Source: Mobula hypostoma
Lineage: Eukaryota
Reading direction: 5' to 3'
Assembly: GCF_963921235.1 (NCBI RefSeq)
Contig: NC_086108.1
Location: forward strand, 37,326,001 to 37,390,000
DNA: 64,000 nt
Shown here: positions 1 through 10,981 of the stretch, in pieces
Position numbering within the stretch: the stretch's first letter is position 1
Layout: every line of letters starts with the position of its first letter
Position numbers and translations under genes: made by a program
Notes under the pieces: generated by a model
Told to the model about the DNA's origin: nothing
What the model saw: only the letters and a program-made list of their open reading frames with translations
Database searches by the model: none

Positions 1-576
1 TACCTCGTATCTTTAGCTGCCTCGTAGCATTAGAATTCACAGTGGAGTTGTCTGAGCTATAGGATGTGATGGGGAAAGAGCAAAATTAAGAACAAAACAA
101 AACAATGTGCATCGTGCTTCCATATAAAGACAGAGCTGAGATACTCTGCCTATTTTTGTCACAGAATTGCATTAATGGGATAATCTGTAGCTCTGGTGCA
201 CACAATCAGGCTTTGATCATTGGACAGATTTTTGTGTTACCTGCATAAATGGGAATTGGTGCAGATATGCCTAAACTTCCATCCAACAGGCCCCTGATCT
301 CTTCTTGCCTGGATAAGTTCATCATAGTGTTCTGGCAAGCCCTTAGAAATGCTGAGAGAAACTTAAATTAATAGCCACGGGGTGAACTGAACATTAGGAT
401 TTTAACCAGCTGGTCATGAAAAATAACTCATACAATATTGCACAGAGTTCTTTCTCCAAGTGATATGGCTGGAATGCTAATTCATGATTTCAGCTCTTTT
501 TCAGCCTGAAACCATTTCAGCCATAGAATCCCTGCCAAAATGTTGAAATTAATGCACAATGCAATTGTTGTACATA

Positions 577-927
577 GCACAATGGTGTAGTAGCTGAGGT
601 GCTGCCTTCACTGCTCCTGTGATCTAGATTCAATATTGACCTCCAGTGCTGTCAGTCTAGCATTTGCATCTTCCTTGTGACTGTGTTAGTTTTCCCAGCT
701 GCTTCAACTTGAGTCCACATCCCAATGACGTTGGTGGAGGGGAGCAGGTATAGTTGGTTAATTAGTCATTAAATTGCTAAATTGCCCCTTGTGTATAAAT
801 AAATACTAGAATTTGGGCTTGGGGGTGATTGAGATATTGAAAATGTGAGAAGAATTATTGGTATAATGAGATGTTTGGCACAGACTTAGTGGGCTGAAGT
901 TATGTTTCTATGCTACAGAACTCTATG
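577..927 (+). mobile_element. HE1-like V-SINE (tRNA head, V-domain, CR1-type tail), degenerate
   Basis: Degenerate tRNA-like head (gcacaatggtgtagtagc...gattcaatattgacc), V-SINE-like body (ccttgtgactgtgttagttttccc...ccacatcccaatgacg) and a CR1-type tail (gtgggctgaag...tgtttctatgctacagaactctatga). Confidence 0.65.
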
Positions 928-1052
928 ATAGCACTGCTTTCCCTCAAAGCTTATTATTAAAAATGCTTTGTTTACAATGGACATCTTAAAGGGTTTGTAT
1001 GATATTTAATCAAATATTTACCACAGTCAGTGTGGAAGTAACATCTTTTCCT

Positions 1053-1570
1053 TGCTGACCATCAACACTGGCGTACCTCAAGGATGCGTACTTAGCCCAG
1101 TACTCTACTCTCTACACCTGTGACTGTGTGGCTAGGCACAGCTCAAACACCAACTATAAATTTGCCAATGACAGTGGTGTCACAACAACATCCTTGCATT
1201 CAACATCAGTAAGACCAATTAATTCATTCTGGACTTCAGGAAGGAGCAGTTGAGGGGGCCAGTCCTCACTGAGTGATTAGCAGTGGAAAGGGTGAGCAGC
1301 TTCAAGTTCCCAGGTGTCAACATCTCTGAAGATCTATCCTGGGTCCAACATACTGATACAATTACAAATAAAGTATGACAGCAGTTATGTTTCATTAAGA
1401 GTTTGAAGAGACTTTATATGTCACCGCAGACTCCAGCAAATTTCTACAGATGTGCTATGGAGAAAATACTGTCTGGTTTCATCACTGTCTGGAATGGTCT
1501 GAAAACTCAGCCAGCTCAGTCAAGGGCACTAGCCTTCCCAGCATTGAGGACAACTTCAAAAGGCAGTGCC
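1053..1570 (+). mobile_element. Rex1/Babar-like LINE RT fragment, degenerate
   Basis: Encodes [15 protein letters not shown] and downstream SFKFPGVNISEDLSW motifs; homologous to the better preserved copy at 27711-29466. Confidence 0.8.
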
Positions 1571-2974
1571 CCTGAGAAATGACACCTGAGTTCCATATTT
1601 TTCATGTGAAAGAAAGTAGAAATAAAAAGTATTTTGTAAAATGTTAAGCGTAAATTCTATCTTCATTGTATTGTTTGCCTGAAAGACATCTGCTATTTTA
1701 ACAAGTATTTTGGGCAAACATCATGTGACCAATGATCACCAAATCCACTTCCTTACATCCCTTACCCTCCACGATTCACAGACCAAGCCAAATACCCTGG
1801 GGATAGCTAAGGTCCCACTTAGACAAAGTCTTCTCACCATCTAACCAGTCCAGTTGTACTAAACAACCTCAGTGGAACTGTATCAATGCATGGCATCACA
1901 AAGGCCAGAAGTATCCAGTCCCAGCTGTTAGGGACTGGCCTTGATGTCAAGTAGGTGGTCTTCAGGCAGTCAGCTCAGGGACCTACAAACCACTTCACTG
2001 ATGCAGCCGTCTTCTGACTGGATTTGAACAGTGGCTCCATCCATATCAACCAGTCAATGATATGGATGATCCAGCCCTTCATCTCCAACTTCTTCCATAC
2101 CTGAAATATTAACCCAGTTATTCTTTCCCTGGTATTGCTTCATCTGCTAAGCATTTCCAGTAATTTCCCCTTCTTTTAAAATGTTACTACCCTACAAGCC
2201 TCTGAGTAATTTAAATGAACTACCCAGAAGATTTTATCGGAAGAGGGAATGGAAAGGCAACTTCCATCTATAATCATTTTCCAACAGAGTTAGGGAAGTT
2301 GAGAGGTAGTAATTAAGAAATTATTTGATTCCATTGTGCCCACAGAGTTAAAATGAATGATGAAAGGATTGTTTTGATTTGATTTACAGTAAGTGCATAC
2401 TTCATTACAAAAATAATGTATAATGAGCCAGGAAAAACAGATGTTATTGGAACATTCGTGGTGTTCTTGACAATTGCTGCTTAAACAACTGTTCCTACTA
2501 CCTTTGGGTCACATTGGAACCATATGAGAATTTTTGCTTTCTCCTTCAACACTAGCAGTAGAGTGTTATTGATAGTAGACAATGTGACCAGTGTGTTACT
2601 TTACCCACTGAAGAACAACAGGGACACTACAAACCTGTCCATACTCACTACACTTCTCTGTTTCATAAAGCATGACTGATGATAACTATTGCTTTCTAGA
2701 AATCGATTGATCTCCTTTTACTGGAAGTGCAACATTCACTCACCACTGGTCTTGACTATCTGTTGGACTTCCAGATCTCAATGATCTGAACAGGTCCAGT
2801 CCTGCTAAATCCAATGGCAAGGGTCTCACAGAGTGGGCCATGGTCATGGCTGGTTACATAATTTTTATGTTAAGGCTAGAAGTTTTGCAAGGAGGGATAA
2901 ACTAATTTAGGCTTTCCACTTTTGGTCTGTACTCCTGTTTATCCTCTTTTGGACTCACAAGTTGGAGTTAGATT

Positions 2975-3775
2975 CATAGACTCACAGAGTCTTAGAGCTT
3001 TATGGAATGGAAACATACCCTATGGCCCAACTTGTCCATAACAACCAAGCTGCCTTAACTGAGCTAATCTCATTTGGCTCACAGACCGTCAAATCTTTCC
3101 TACACATGTAACTGTCCATATGCCTTTAAAATATTGTAACTGTATCCACCTTTACCACTTCCTTTGGCAGCTCAGTCAATGTAGTCACTGCCTTCTGCGT
3201 GCAAAACATTGCCCTTGAGGTCCCCTCTAAATCTTTCACCTCCCACTTTAAACCAATGCCCTCTAATTTTGATTCTCCCAACCTGGAGAAATGACCTTGG
3301 AATTTCACCTTACTTATGCCTGTCATTGTGATTTTAAAGGCTGATAATTCTATAAACCTCTATACGGTCACCCTTCAGCCGAATACATTCAAGGGACAAA
3401 ACTCGCAGCCTACCTAGTCTCTCCTTATTACTAAGACCTGTAGTCCCAGTGACATCCTTGTAAATATATATTTGCGCCATCTCCAGTATCATAGCGTTCT
3501 TCCTATTTCAGAGTGACCAGAATGCTTTACAGTAGTGTGTTATACTTTCATGGTACTTTCTACTCACAGCCCCAAGACTCTCTGTTCTTTAACACTTCCC
3601 AGAGCCCTACTATTTACTGTGTAACTACTGCCCTGGTTTTTCTTACTCAAATGCAACACATCATATTAATTAATCTCCATCTGCCATTCTTCTGTCCACT
3701 GGCCCAGTTCATCAGGATCATACTATAATTTTAGCAAATCATCTGCACCATCCACATTGCCATAAATTTTGGTAC
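2975..3775 (-). mobile_element. CR1 LINE 3' fragment, degenerate
   Basis: Reverse complement matches the 3' region and tail of the younger CR1 copies in this window (e.g. 54997-55600). Confidence 0.75.
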
Positions 3776-3869
3776 CATTCCTGGCCTCCTTTGGAACCTG
3801 TGACGGTCTGAATCTTTATAAAGGCATTGTTTCTCTTATTTGCTTGTTACCTATTCATCTATAACACTA

Positions 3870-4330
3870 GCCTCTTAAGAAGTAGTGGATTGACTGGAAT
3901 GAAATTGGAAAGCCATGGCCATGAAATCTTGAAGTGACATAAAAGTTGGTTAAGTAAATGTGAGGGTAGAAGTGGGCAGTCTTTTAATGGTCTTGGTGAT
4001 GGAGAGGATGTTGTGCTTAAAGTACAGCTACAGATCAGACAGCTTGTCTGCAGCCTGCTTCAAACTTGTAGAGGTGTCAGGAAGTTACAGATTAGTGTGC
4101 TGAGTTTTTTTCAGGGTCCAAATGCAACTGTTTTAATCTCCCTGCTGTTCAGTGGAAGCAAATTCAAGCTCAATCAAGACCAAATATCAAAGAGCCAGTA
4201 TGCCAGCAAGGAGCTGTCATCCTCTGCAACAATGATGGATGGAGAGAGTTGAGTATTTTCAGTTTACATGCAGAAGCTGACCCCATTTCTGCAGCAGGTG
4301 ATTGAGGAAGAAGAGATGACAAACAGGGAA
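3870..4330 (-). mobile_element. L2 LINE RT fragment, very old
   Basis: Minus strand reads as decayed L2 RT around the GVSFHMYADDTQL and DIQSWM...LN..KTEAIVFG segments (ggggtcagcttctgcatgtaaactgaaaatactcaactc...attaaaacagttgcatttgga). Confidence 0.55.
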
Positions 4331-4842
4331 GGATTTTACATCTCAAAAGACAGTGAATTCTCAGATCATTTTGCAGACACATGACCAAGATAGAAAGATT
4401 TCTGGACTTTAAGAGATCACTGGTTAAACTAATTTATTGAGAAATTGAATTTGAAGTAAAGGGACCTGCAATGTTTTGACTGAATATTAGAACAGGTTGG
4501 GTCTTTCATGAGTGGAAGTGGTTATATGATCCAGTCCTACTTCTTATACTCTTAACAATCCATCCCTAGGGAATTTCAGCTATGATCATACAGAAATGGG
4601 ATAAATAGCTATTCCTGGAGATATACAAGCTGCATTGTGACAGATGGAACTGTCCAAGTATGGGCCATGGACATGAACCTGCTGAGGAGATGGGGGAGGA
4701 TCAAGGCATGCCGAATGCAGGTTGAGAAAAAAAAGATGCAACAATGCTCCGGATTATGACAACAGGATCGATATACTTGATTTTAGCAGATGTTCTTTTT
4801 TTTTACTAATATGCAAGCATATGATTAAAAATTTTTTTTTAA

Positions 4843-4960
4843 AAACAGAAAATGTAAGAAGCACTTAGCGAGTCAGGCAGTATCTATATAGAGAGAAAAA
4901 GAGCTAACATTTCAGATTGAAGATATTTTATTATGTCTGGGGAAGTGAGAAAAAAAGTTA
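4843..4960 (-). mobile_element. Penelope-type terminal-repeat remnant
   Basis: Degenerate reverse-complement homologue of the 41346-41482 element (cacttagcgagtcaggcagtatctatatagagag...taacatttcag). Weaker remnants lie near 5160-5220 and 29790-29870. Confidence 0.5.
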
Positions 4961-7855
4961 GTTTTGAGTTGCTGTGGGAGTGATGGGGGTGAGTGGGAAG
5001 AACAAAAATAGGTGGTCTCTGATAAGGTGGGACTAGCATTGCCCAGGTGAACCCAATTTTAAGGAATCATCTAATTAATGGATTAAATAGGGAAGCAAAA
5101 GGGTGTTGGGAGCAAAGAAATGGGAATACTAAAGCTGTACAATATGGTTTACAGCTTTTGTTGAAACCAGGAAATCTCCAGCACGTTAGGCAGTGTCTAT
5201 GGAGAGGGAAATATTGAGTGATAATAAAGTAGAATTATGTAAGTAGAATTAATCACTTTGATGCAACTAGTAAAAGGTGAGTTATGTGAAATTGTTATTG
5301 AATTCTGGGAGCAGCAACATTACCAGAAAAAAATCAGGTGTTGTTTCTTAAGCTTCCATATTGCTTATTTGGGATTAGGGGGCATAAACAGAGTGAGAAT
5401 CAAGCATCTGATTTCCTGAATGATATTTTAGTTTTGTAAACAAAAGGCTGTAAGGAAGAATGGGTAATTGCAGTCAGTTGGATGGATTGATGTATGTACT
5501 TAGTACATGTAGTATCAGGAACAATGATGATGAAGTTACAACTTGGGTCAGTACATGGAATTATGATGTTGTAGCCATTACAAGGACCTGATCTGTCAAG
5601 AGGGCAGGAATGGTTGCTGAATGTTTTGAGATTTAGATGTCTCAAAAAGATGGAGGGAGATAAAAGAGGTGGGGGAATAGCATTACTAATCAGGGATAGT
5701 ATCACATCAGCAGAAAGGGAGGATGTTGGGGAAGGATTGTCTACTGAGCCAGTATAGGTGGAAGTCAGAAACAGGAGGGAAGCAATTGCTCTATTGGGAG
5801 TATTCTATAGACCCCCCCCCCCCCATACCAACAGAGATTGGGAGATCAGTACAGAGGAACAGATTGATGGGCAGATTTTGAAAAGGCACAAAAATAACAG
5901 GGTTGTAGACTTGACGTGGGTAACTTCTACTTCCCTAATATTGATTGGCACCTCCTTAGTGCAAAAGGGTTGGATGAGGTGGAATTTGTTGTGCAATTCC
6001 AGGAAGGATCCCTGACACAATATGTGAACAGGCTAACTAGAAGAAAGGTCATGCTGGATATGGCACTTGGTAATGTACCTGATTAGATGTCAAATCTCTT
6101 GCTAGATAAGAATTTTGGAGACAATGACCACAGCTCCCTGATCTTTACCATAGCCTGGCAAAGGATTGGAGCAGTTGGCATGGGAAAATATTTAATTGGG
6201 TGAGGAGAATTATGATGGTCTTGGGTAGGAATTTGGGAGCATATATTGATATAGATGTCCTCAGTGAAATGTACAGTGGAAATGTGCAGATTGTTTTGGG
6301 AGTACTTGCATTGGGTTCTGGATAGGTTTATCACATTGGCATAGTAAAAGAGTGGTACAATGGCATGGTTTACACTAGATGTGGAATATCTAGTCTAGAA
6401 GAAGACAAAAGCTTGCTTAAGGCTGAGGAAGCAAGGATCAAACAGGGCTGTAGAGAGTTATAAGGTAGCTAGGAAGGAGTTGGTGAATGAACTTAGAACT
6501 AGAAGGAGGCATGAGTGAGGGAAGAGATTACTGCACCTTCGGCAATGATCTTTGTATCTTCACTGGTCAGAGGAGTTATACCTGATGATTGTAGAGTGGT
6601 AAATATTATTCCTTTGTTTAAGAAAGGGAGTAAATAAAACCCTGGGAATTATAGACCAGTGAATATTACTTCAGTAGGGGGCAAGTTATTAAAGAAGATC
6701 CTTAGAGACAGAATTTACGAACATTTGAAGAAGCATAGCTTGATTAGAAACAGTCAGCATGGCTTTGTAAAGAGCAAGGCATGCTTTTCAAGGCTGATTG
6801 AATTCTTTGGGGAAGTGACAGAAGAGATTGATGAAGATAGAGCAGTAGATGTGGTGTATATAGATTTTAGAAAGGTGATTGATAAGTTTCCCATTGCTAG
6901 ACTCAAACAGAAAGTTAAGAGGTATGGGATCTAGGGAACCTTGGCTGTGTGGATTCAGAATTGGCTTGCAAATAGAAGGGATAGTCTGTGTTATACTGGA
7001 GATTTGTAACCAGTGGTGTACCACAAGGATCTGTTCCGGGAGCCCTGCTCTTCATGATTTTTGTGCAGTACTGTGCAAAAGTCTTAAGCAACTATATATA
7101 GCTAGGTTGCCTAAGACTTTGCAAAGAGCTGTCGTAATTTTATGCATTGCACTGTACTTCTGCCACAATAAAAAAAAACAAATTTCATGATATATGTGTG
7201 ATGAAAAAACCTGACTCTGATATGGGTCTCTTTTGTGGACGGAGAGTGGGAAGGGGACAGTGAGAAGGGAATCATGGTTGGGAAAAAGGGAAGGGAGAGG
7301 GGAGGGAGTGAGAAGCACTAGAGAGACATTCTGGAATAATCAGTAAACTAATTGTTTGGAATCAAATGACCTTACCTGGTGTCTTGGGGCTAGGGGTGTC
7401 TGTACCTATGTCAGCCCTTGCCAATAGCACTCCTTCGCTGCCACCTGTCAAACATCCCTCCCATGGTGCTCTGCCCTTGCCATTCCCAGCATCCTTTGCT
7501 CTGGTGGATTTACAAACTCACTCTCCACTTCAGGTTGACAAATAATACAATATTGTGCAAAGCCTTAGGCACCTCAGCTACAGTGAAATGCAAAAGTTTG
7601 GGCACCCCTGGCCAAAATTTCTGTTACTGCGAATAGCTAAGCGAGTAAAAGATGAACTGATTTCCAAAAGGTATAAAATTAAAGATGACACATTTCTTTA
7701 ATATTTTAAGCTAGAAAACATTTTTTATTTCCATCTTTTACAGTTTCAAAATAACAAAAAAGGAAAAGGGCCCGAAGCAAAAGTTTGGGCACCCTGCATG
7801 GCAGTACTTAGTAACACCCCCTTTGGCAAGTATCACAGCTTGTAAATGCTTTTTT

Positions 7856-9142
7856 TGTGAAAGGAAAATCATGTCTGACGAATCTCATAGAATTTTTTGA
7901 GGATGTAACTAGTAGAGTGGATAGGGGAGAACCAGTGGATGTGGTATATTTGGATTTTCAAAAGGCTTTTGACAAGGTCCCACACAGGAGATTAGTGTGC
8001 AAACTTAAAGCACACGGTATTGGGGCTAAGGTATTGATGTGGTTAGAGAATTGGTTAGCAGACAGGAAGCAAAGAGTGGGAATAAACGGGACCTTTTCAG
8101 AATGGCAGGCGGTGACTAGTGGGGTACCACAAGGTTCAGTGCTGGGACCCCAGTTGTTTACAATATATATTAATGACTTGGATGAGGGAATTAAATGCAG
8201 CATCTCCAAGTTTGCAGATGACACGAAGCTGGGTGGCAGTGTTAGCAGTGAGGAGGATGCTAAGAGGATGCAGGGTGACTTGGATAGGTTGGGTGAGTGG
8301 GCAAATTCATGGCAGATGCAATTTAATGTGGATAAATGTGAAGTTATCCACTTTGGTGGCAAAAATAGGAAAACAGATTATTATCTGAATGGTGGCCGAT
8401 TAGGAAAAGGGGAGGTGCAACGAGACCTGGGTGTCATTATACACCAGTCATTGAAAGTGGGCATGCAGGTACAGCAGGCGGTGAAAAAGGCGAATGGTAT
8501 GCTGGCATTTATAGCGAGAGGATTCGAGTACAGGAGCAGGGACGTACTACTGCAGTTGTACAAGGCCTTGGTGAGACCACACCTGGAGTATTGTGTGCAG
8601 TTTTGGTCCCCTAATCTGAGGAAAGACATCTTTGCCATAGAGGGAGTACAAAGAAGGTTCACCAGATTGATTCCTGGGATGGCGGGACTTTCATATGAAG
8701 AAAGACTGGATGAATTGGGCTTGTACTCGTTGGAATTTAGAAGATTGAGAGGGGATCTGATTGAAACGTATAAGATCCTAAAGGGATTGGACAGGCTAGA
8801 TGCAGGAAGATTGTTCCCGATGTTGGGGAAGTCCAGAACGAGGGGTCACAGTTTGAAGATAGAGGGGAAGCCTTTTAGGACCAAGATTAGGAAAAACTTC
8901 TTCACACAGAGAGTGGTGAATCTGTGGAATTCTCTGCCACAGGAAACTGTTGAGGCCAGTTCATTGGCTATATTTAAGAGGGAATTAGATATGGCCCTTG
9001 TGGCTACGGGGGTCAGGGGGTATGGAGGGAAGGCTGGGGCGGGGTTCTGAGTTGGATGATCAGCCATGATCATAATAAATGGCGGTGCAGGCTCGAAGGG
9101 CCGAATGGCCTACTCCTGCACCTATTTTCTATGTTTCTATGT
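7856..9142 (+). mobile_element. Young 5'-truncated CR1 LINE inserted in the Tc1 left arm
   Basis: Uninterrupted RT reading frame, short 3' UTR with the ggccgaatggcc hairpin and a (ttctatgt)2 tail. Confidence 0.95.
7857..9050 (+). CDS. CR1 ORF2 RT and C-terminal region, 5'-truncated, 397 codons without a stop (probably not expressed)
   Basis: [53 protein letters not shown] motifs. Confidence 0.85.
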   Translation: MKGKSCLTNLIEFFEDVTSRVDRGEPVDVVYLDFQKAFDKVPHRRLVCKLKAHGIGAKVLMWLENWLADRKQRVGINGTFSEWQAVTSGVPQGSVLGPQLFTIYINDLDEGIKCSISKFADDTKLGGSVSSEEDAKRMQGDLDRLGEWANSWQMQFNVDKCEVIHFGGKNRKTDYYLNGGRLGKGEVQRDLGVIIHQSLKVGMQVQQAVKKANGMLAFIARGFEYRSRDVLLQLYKALVRPHLEYCVQFWSPNLRKDIFAIEGVQRRFTRLIPGMAGLSYEERLDELGLYSLEFRRLRGDLIETYKILKGLDRLDAGRLFPMLGKSRTRGHSLKIEGKPFRTKIRKNFFTQRVVNLWNSLPQETVEASSLAIFKRELDMALVATGVRGYGGKAGAGF

Positions 9143-9252
9143 ATTACAAATGTTCAGGCAGTAGTATTTTGAGGTCCAATAGATAGTCAAACAGATCTTG
9201 TAAAATCACTGCCTGCAAGGTGCCACAACACAGGTAAGCATTCTATGTTTCG

Positions 9253-9745
9253 TTCTGTAGCCAGCCAAGAGTCTTTCAATTCTTGTTTGGGGGATTTTCG
9301 CCCATTCTTCCTTGCAAAAGGCTTCTAGTTCTGTCAGATTCTTGGGCCATCTTGCATGCACTGCTCTTTTGAGGTCTATCCACAGATTTTCGATGATGTT
9401 TAGGTCGGGGGACTGTGAGGGCCACGGCAAAACCTTCAGCTTGCGCCTCTTGAGGTAGTCTATTGTGGTTTTTGAGGTGTGTTTAGGTTCATTATCCTGT
9501 TGTAGAAGTCACCCTCTTTTCATCTTTGGCTTTTTTACAGACGGTGTGATGTTTGCTCAGAATTTGCTGGTATTTAATTGAATTCATTCTTCCCTCTATC
9601 AGTAAATGTTCCCCGTGCCACTGGCTACAACATAAGCCCAAAGCATGATCGATCCACCCCCAATGTGGTCAAAAAGTTCTATTTTATCTTCATCAGTCCA
9701 CAGGACTTGTTTCTAAAATACATTAGGCTTGTTTAGATGTTCCTT
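9253..9745 (-). pseudogene. Tc1 transposase C-terminal half (left arm, inverted copy)
   Basis: Minus-strand WPSQSPDLNIIENLWIDLKRAVHAR (ORF 9206-9430) and VLWTDEDKIELF near 9670-9705; the final codons continue at 7803-7850 on the other side of the CR1 insertion. Confidence 0.9.
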
Positions 9746-9759
9746 TGAACCTTTTGAAT

Positions 9760-10287
9760 GGAACTTTTTGGCCGCAGTAAGCAAAAGTATGTTTGGAGAA
9801 AAAAGGGTGCAGAATTTCATGAAAAGAACCCCTCTCCAACTGTTAAGCACGGGGGTGGATCGATCACGCTTTGTGCTTGTGCCAGTGGCACGGGGAACAT
9901 TTACTGGTAGAGGGAAGAACAAATTCAATTAAATACCAGCAAATTCTGGAAGCAAACATCGCACCATTTGTAAAAAAGCCGAAGATGAAAAGAGGATGGC
10001 TTCTACAACAGCATAATGAACCTAAACACACCTCAAAGTCAATGGACTACCTCAAGAGGTGCAAGCTGAAGGTTTTGCCATGGCCCTCACAGTCCCCTGA
10101 CCTAAACATCATCGAGAATCTGTGGATAGACCTCAAAAGACAGCCCAAGAATCTCACAGAACTAGAAGCCGTTTGCAAGGAAGAATGGGTGAAAATCCCC
10201 CAAACAAGAATTGAAAGGCTCTTGGCTGGCTACAGAAGGCATTTACAAGCTGTGATACTTGCCAAAGGGGGTGTTACTAAGTACTGA
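9760..10287 (+). pseudogene. Tc1 DD34E transposase, C-terminal half (right arm)
   Basis: ORF 9871-10287 has QQHNEPKH (second catalytic D replaced), WPSQSPDLNIIENLW and ends AVILAKGGVTKY*; frameshifted upstream; no DNA-binding domain. Confidence 0.9.
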
Positions 10288-10732
10288 TCATGCAGGGTGC
10301 CCAAACTTTTGCTTCGGGCCATTTTCCTTTTTTGTTATTTGAAACTGTAAAAGATAGAAATAAAAAAAGTTCTTTAGCTTACAATATTAAAGAAATGTGT
10401 CATCTTTAACTTTGTGCCTTTTAGAAATCAGTTCATCTTTTACTCGCTTAGCTATTCACAGTAACAGGAATTTTGGCCTGGGGTGCCCAAACTTTTGCAT
10501 GCCACTGTATACTTGTCCAAGACTTTTGCACGGTACGGTAAATGACTCAGAAGGGGAAATGAGAGGCTGGATTATTAAGTTTACATATGATGTGAAAGTT
10601 GCTGTGGGTGGCTGTTGAGGATTGTAATGGGACATTGATAGGATGCAGAGCTGGGCTGAGAAGTGGCAAGTGGAGTTCAACACAGAAAATTGTGAAGTGA
10701 TTCACTTTGGAAGATCAAATTTGAAAGAAGAA

Positions 10733-10981
10733 AAAATTTAGCCAGAGGGTGGTGAATCTGTGGAATTTGTTGCCACGGGCAGCAGTGGAGGTCAAGTCAT
10801 TGGGTGTATTTAAGGCAGAGATTGATAGGTATCTGAGTAGCCAGGGCACCAAAGGTTATGGTGAGAAGGCGGGGGAGTGGGACTAAATGGGAGAATGGAT
10901 CAGCTCATGATAAAATGGTGGAGCAGACTTGATGGGCCAAATGACCGACTTCTGCTCCTTTGTCTTATGGTCTTATGGTCT
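10733..10981 (+). mobile_element. Short CR1 3'-end insertion within the older CR1
   Basis: QRVVNLWNLLP coding end, (tcttatgg)2 tail, probable aagaa TSD at 10728-10732 and 10982-10986. Confidence 0.85.

Larger units (their letters stand above)
7581..10507. mobile_element. Tc1-family IR/DR DNA transposon derivative, fold-back structure
   Basis: TA duplications at 7579-7580 and 10508-10509; ~220-bp TIRs (7581-7800 and about 10290-10507), each carrying two copies of gcaaaagtttgggcaccc; transposase fragments on both strands. Confidence 0.95.
7066..10538. mobile_element. Non-autonomous Tc1/mariner-type MITE with palindromic ~65-bp ends (about 0.55 kb without its nested inserts)
   Basis: Termini cagtactgtgcaaaagtctt (7066) and aagacttttgcacggtacgg (ending 10538) are inverted repeats. 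Flanks are TG on the left and TA on the right, and the host CR1 is contiguous across the site. Confidence 0.8.

Noticed and set aside
1740..2110. Possible DIRS-like RT remnant (decayed PYLDDWL on the minus strand near 2045-2070)
   Set aside because: A single short motif that needs a frameshift; not enough support.
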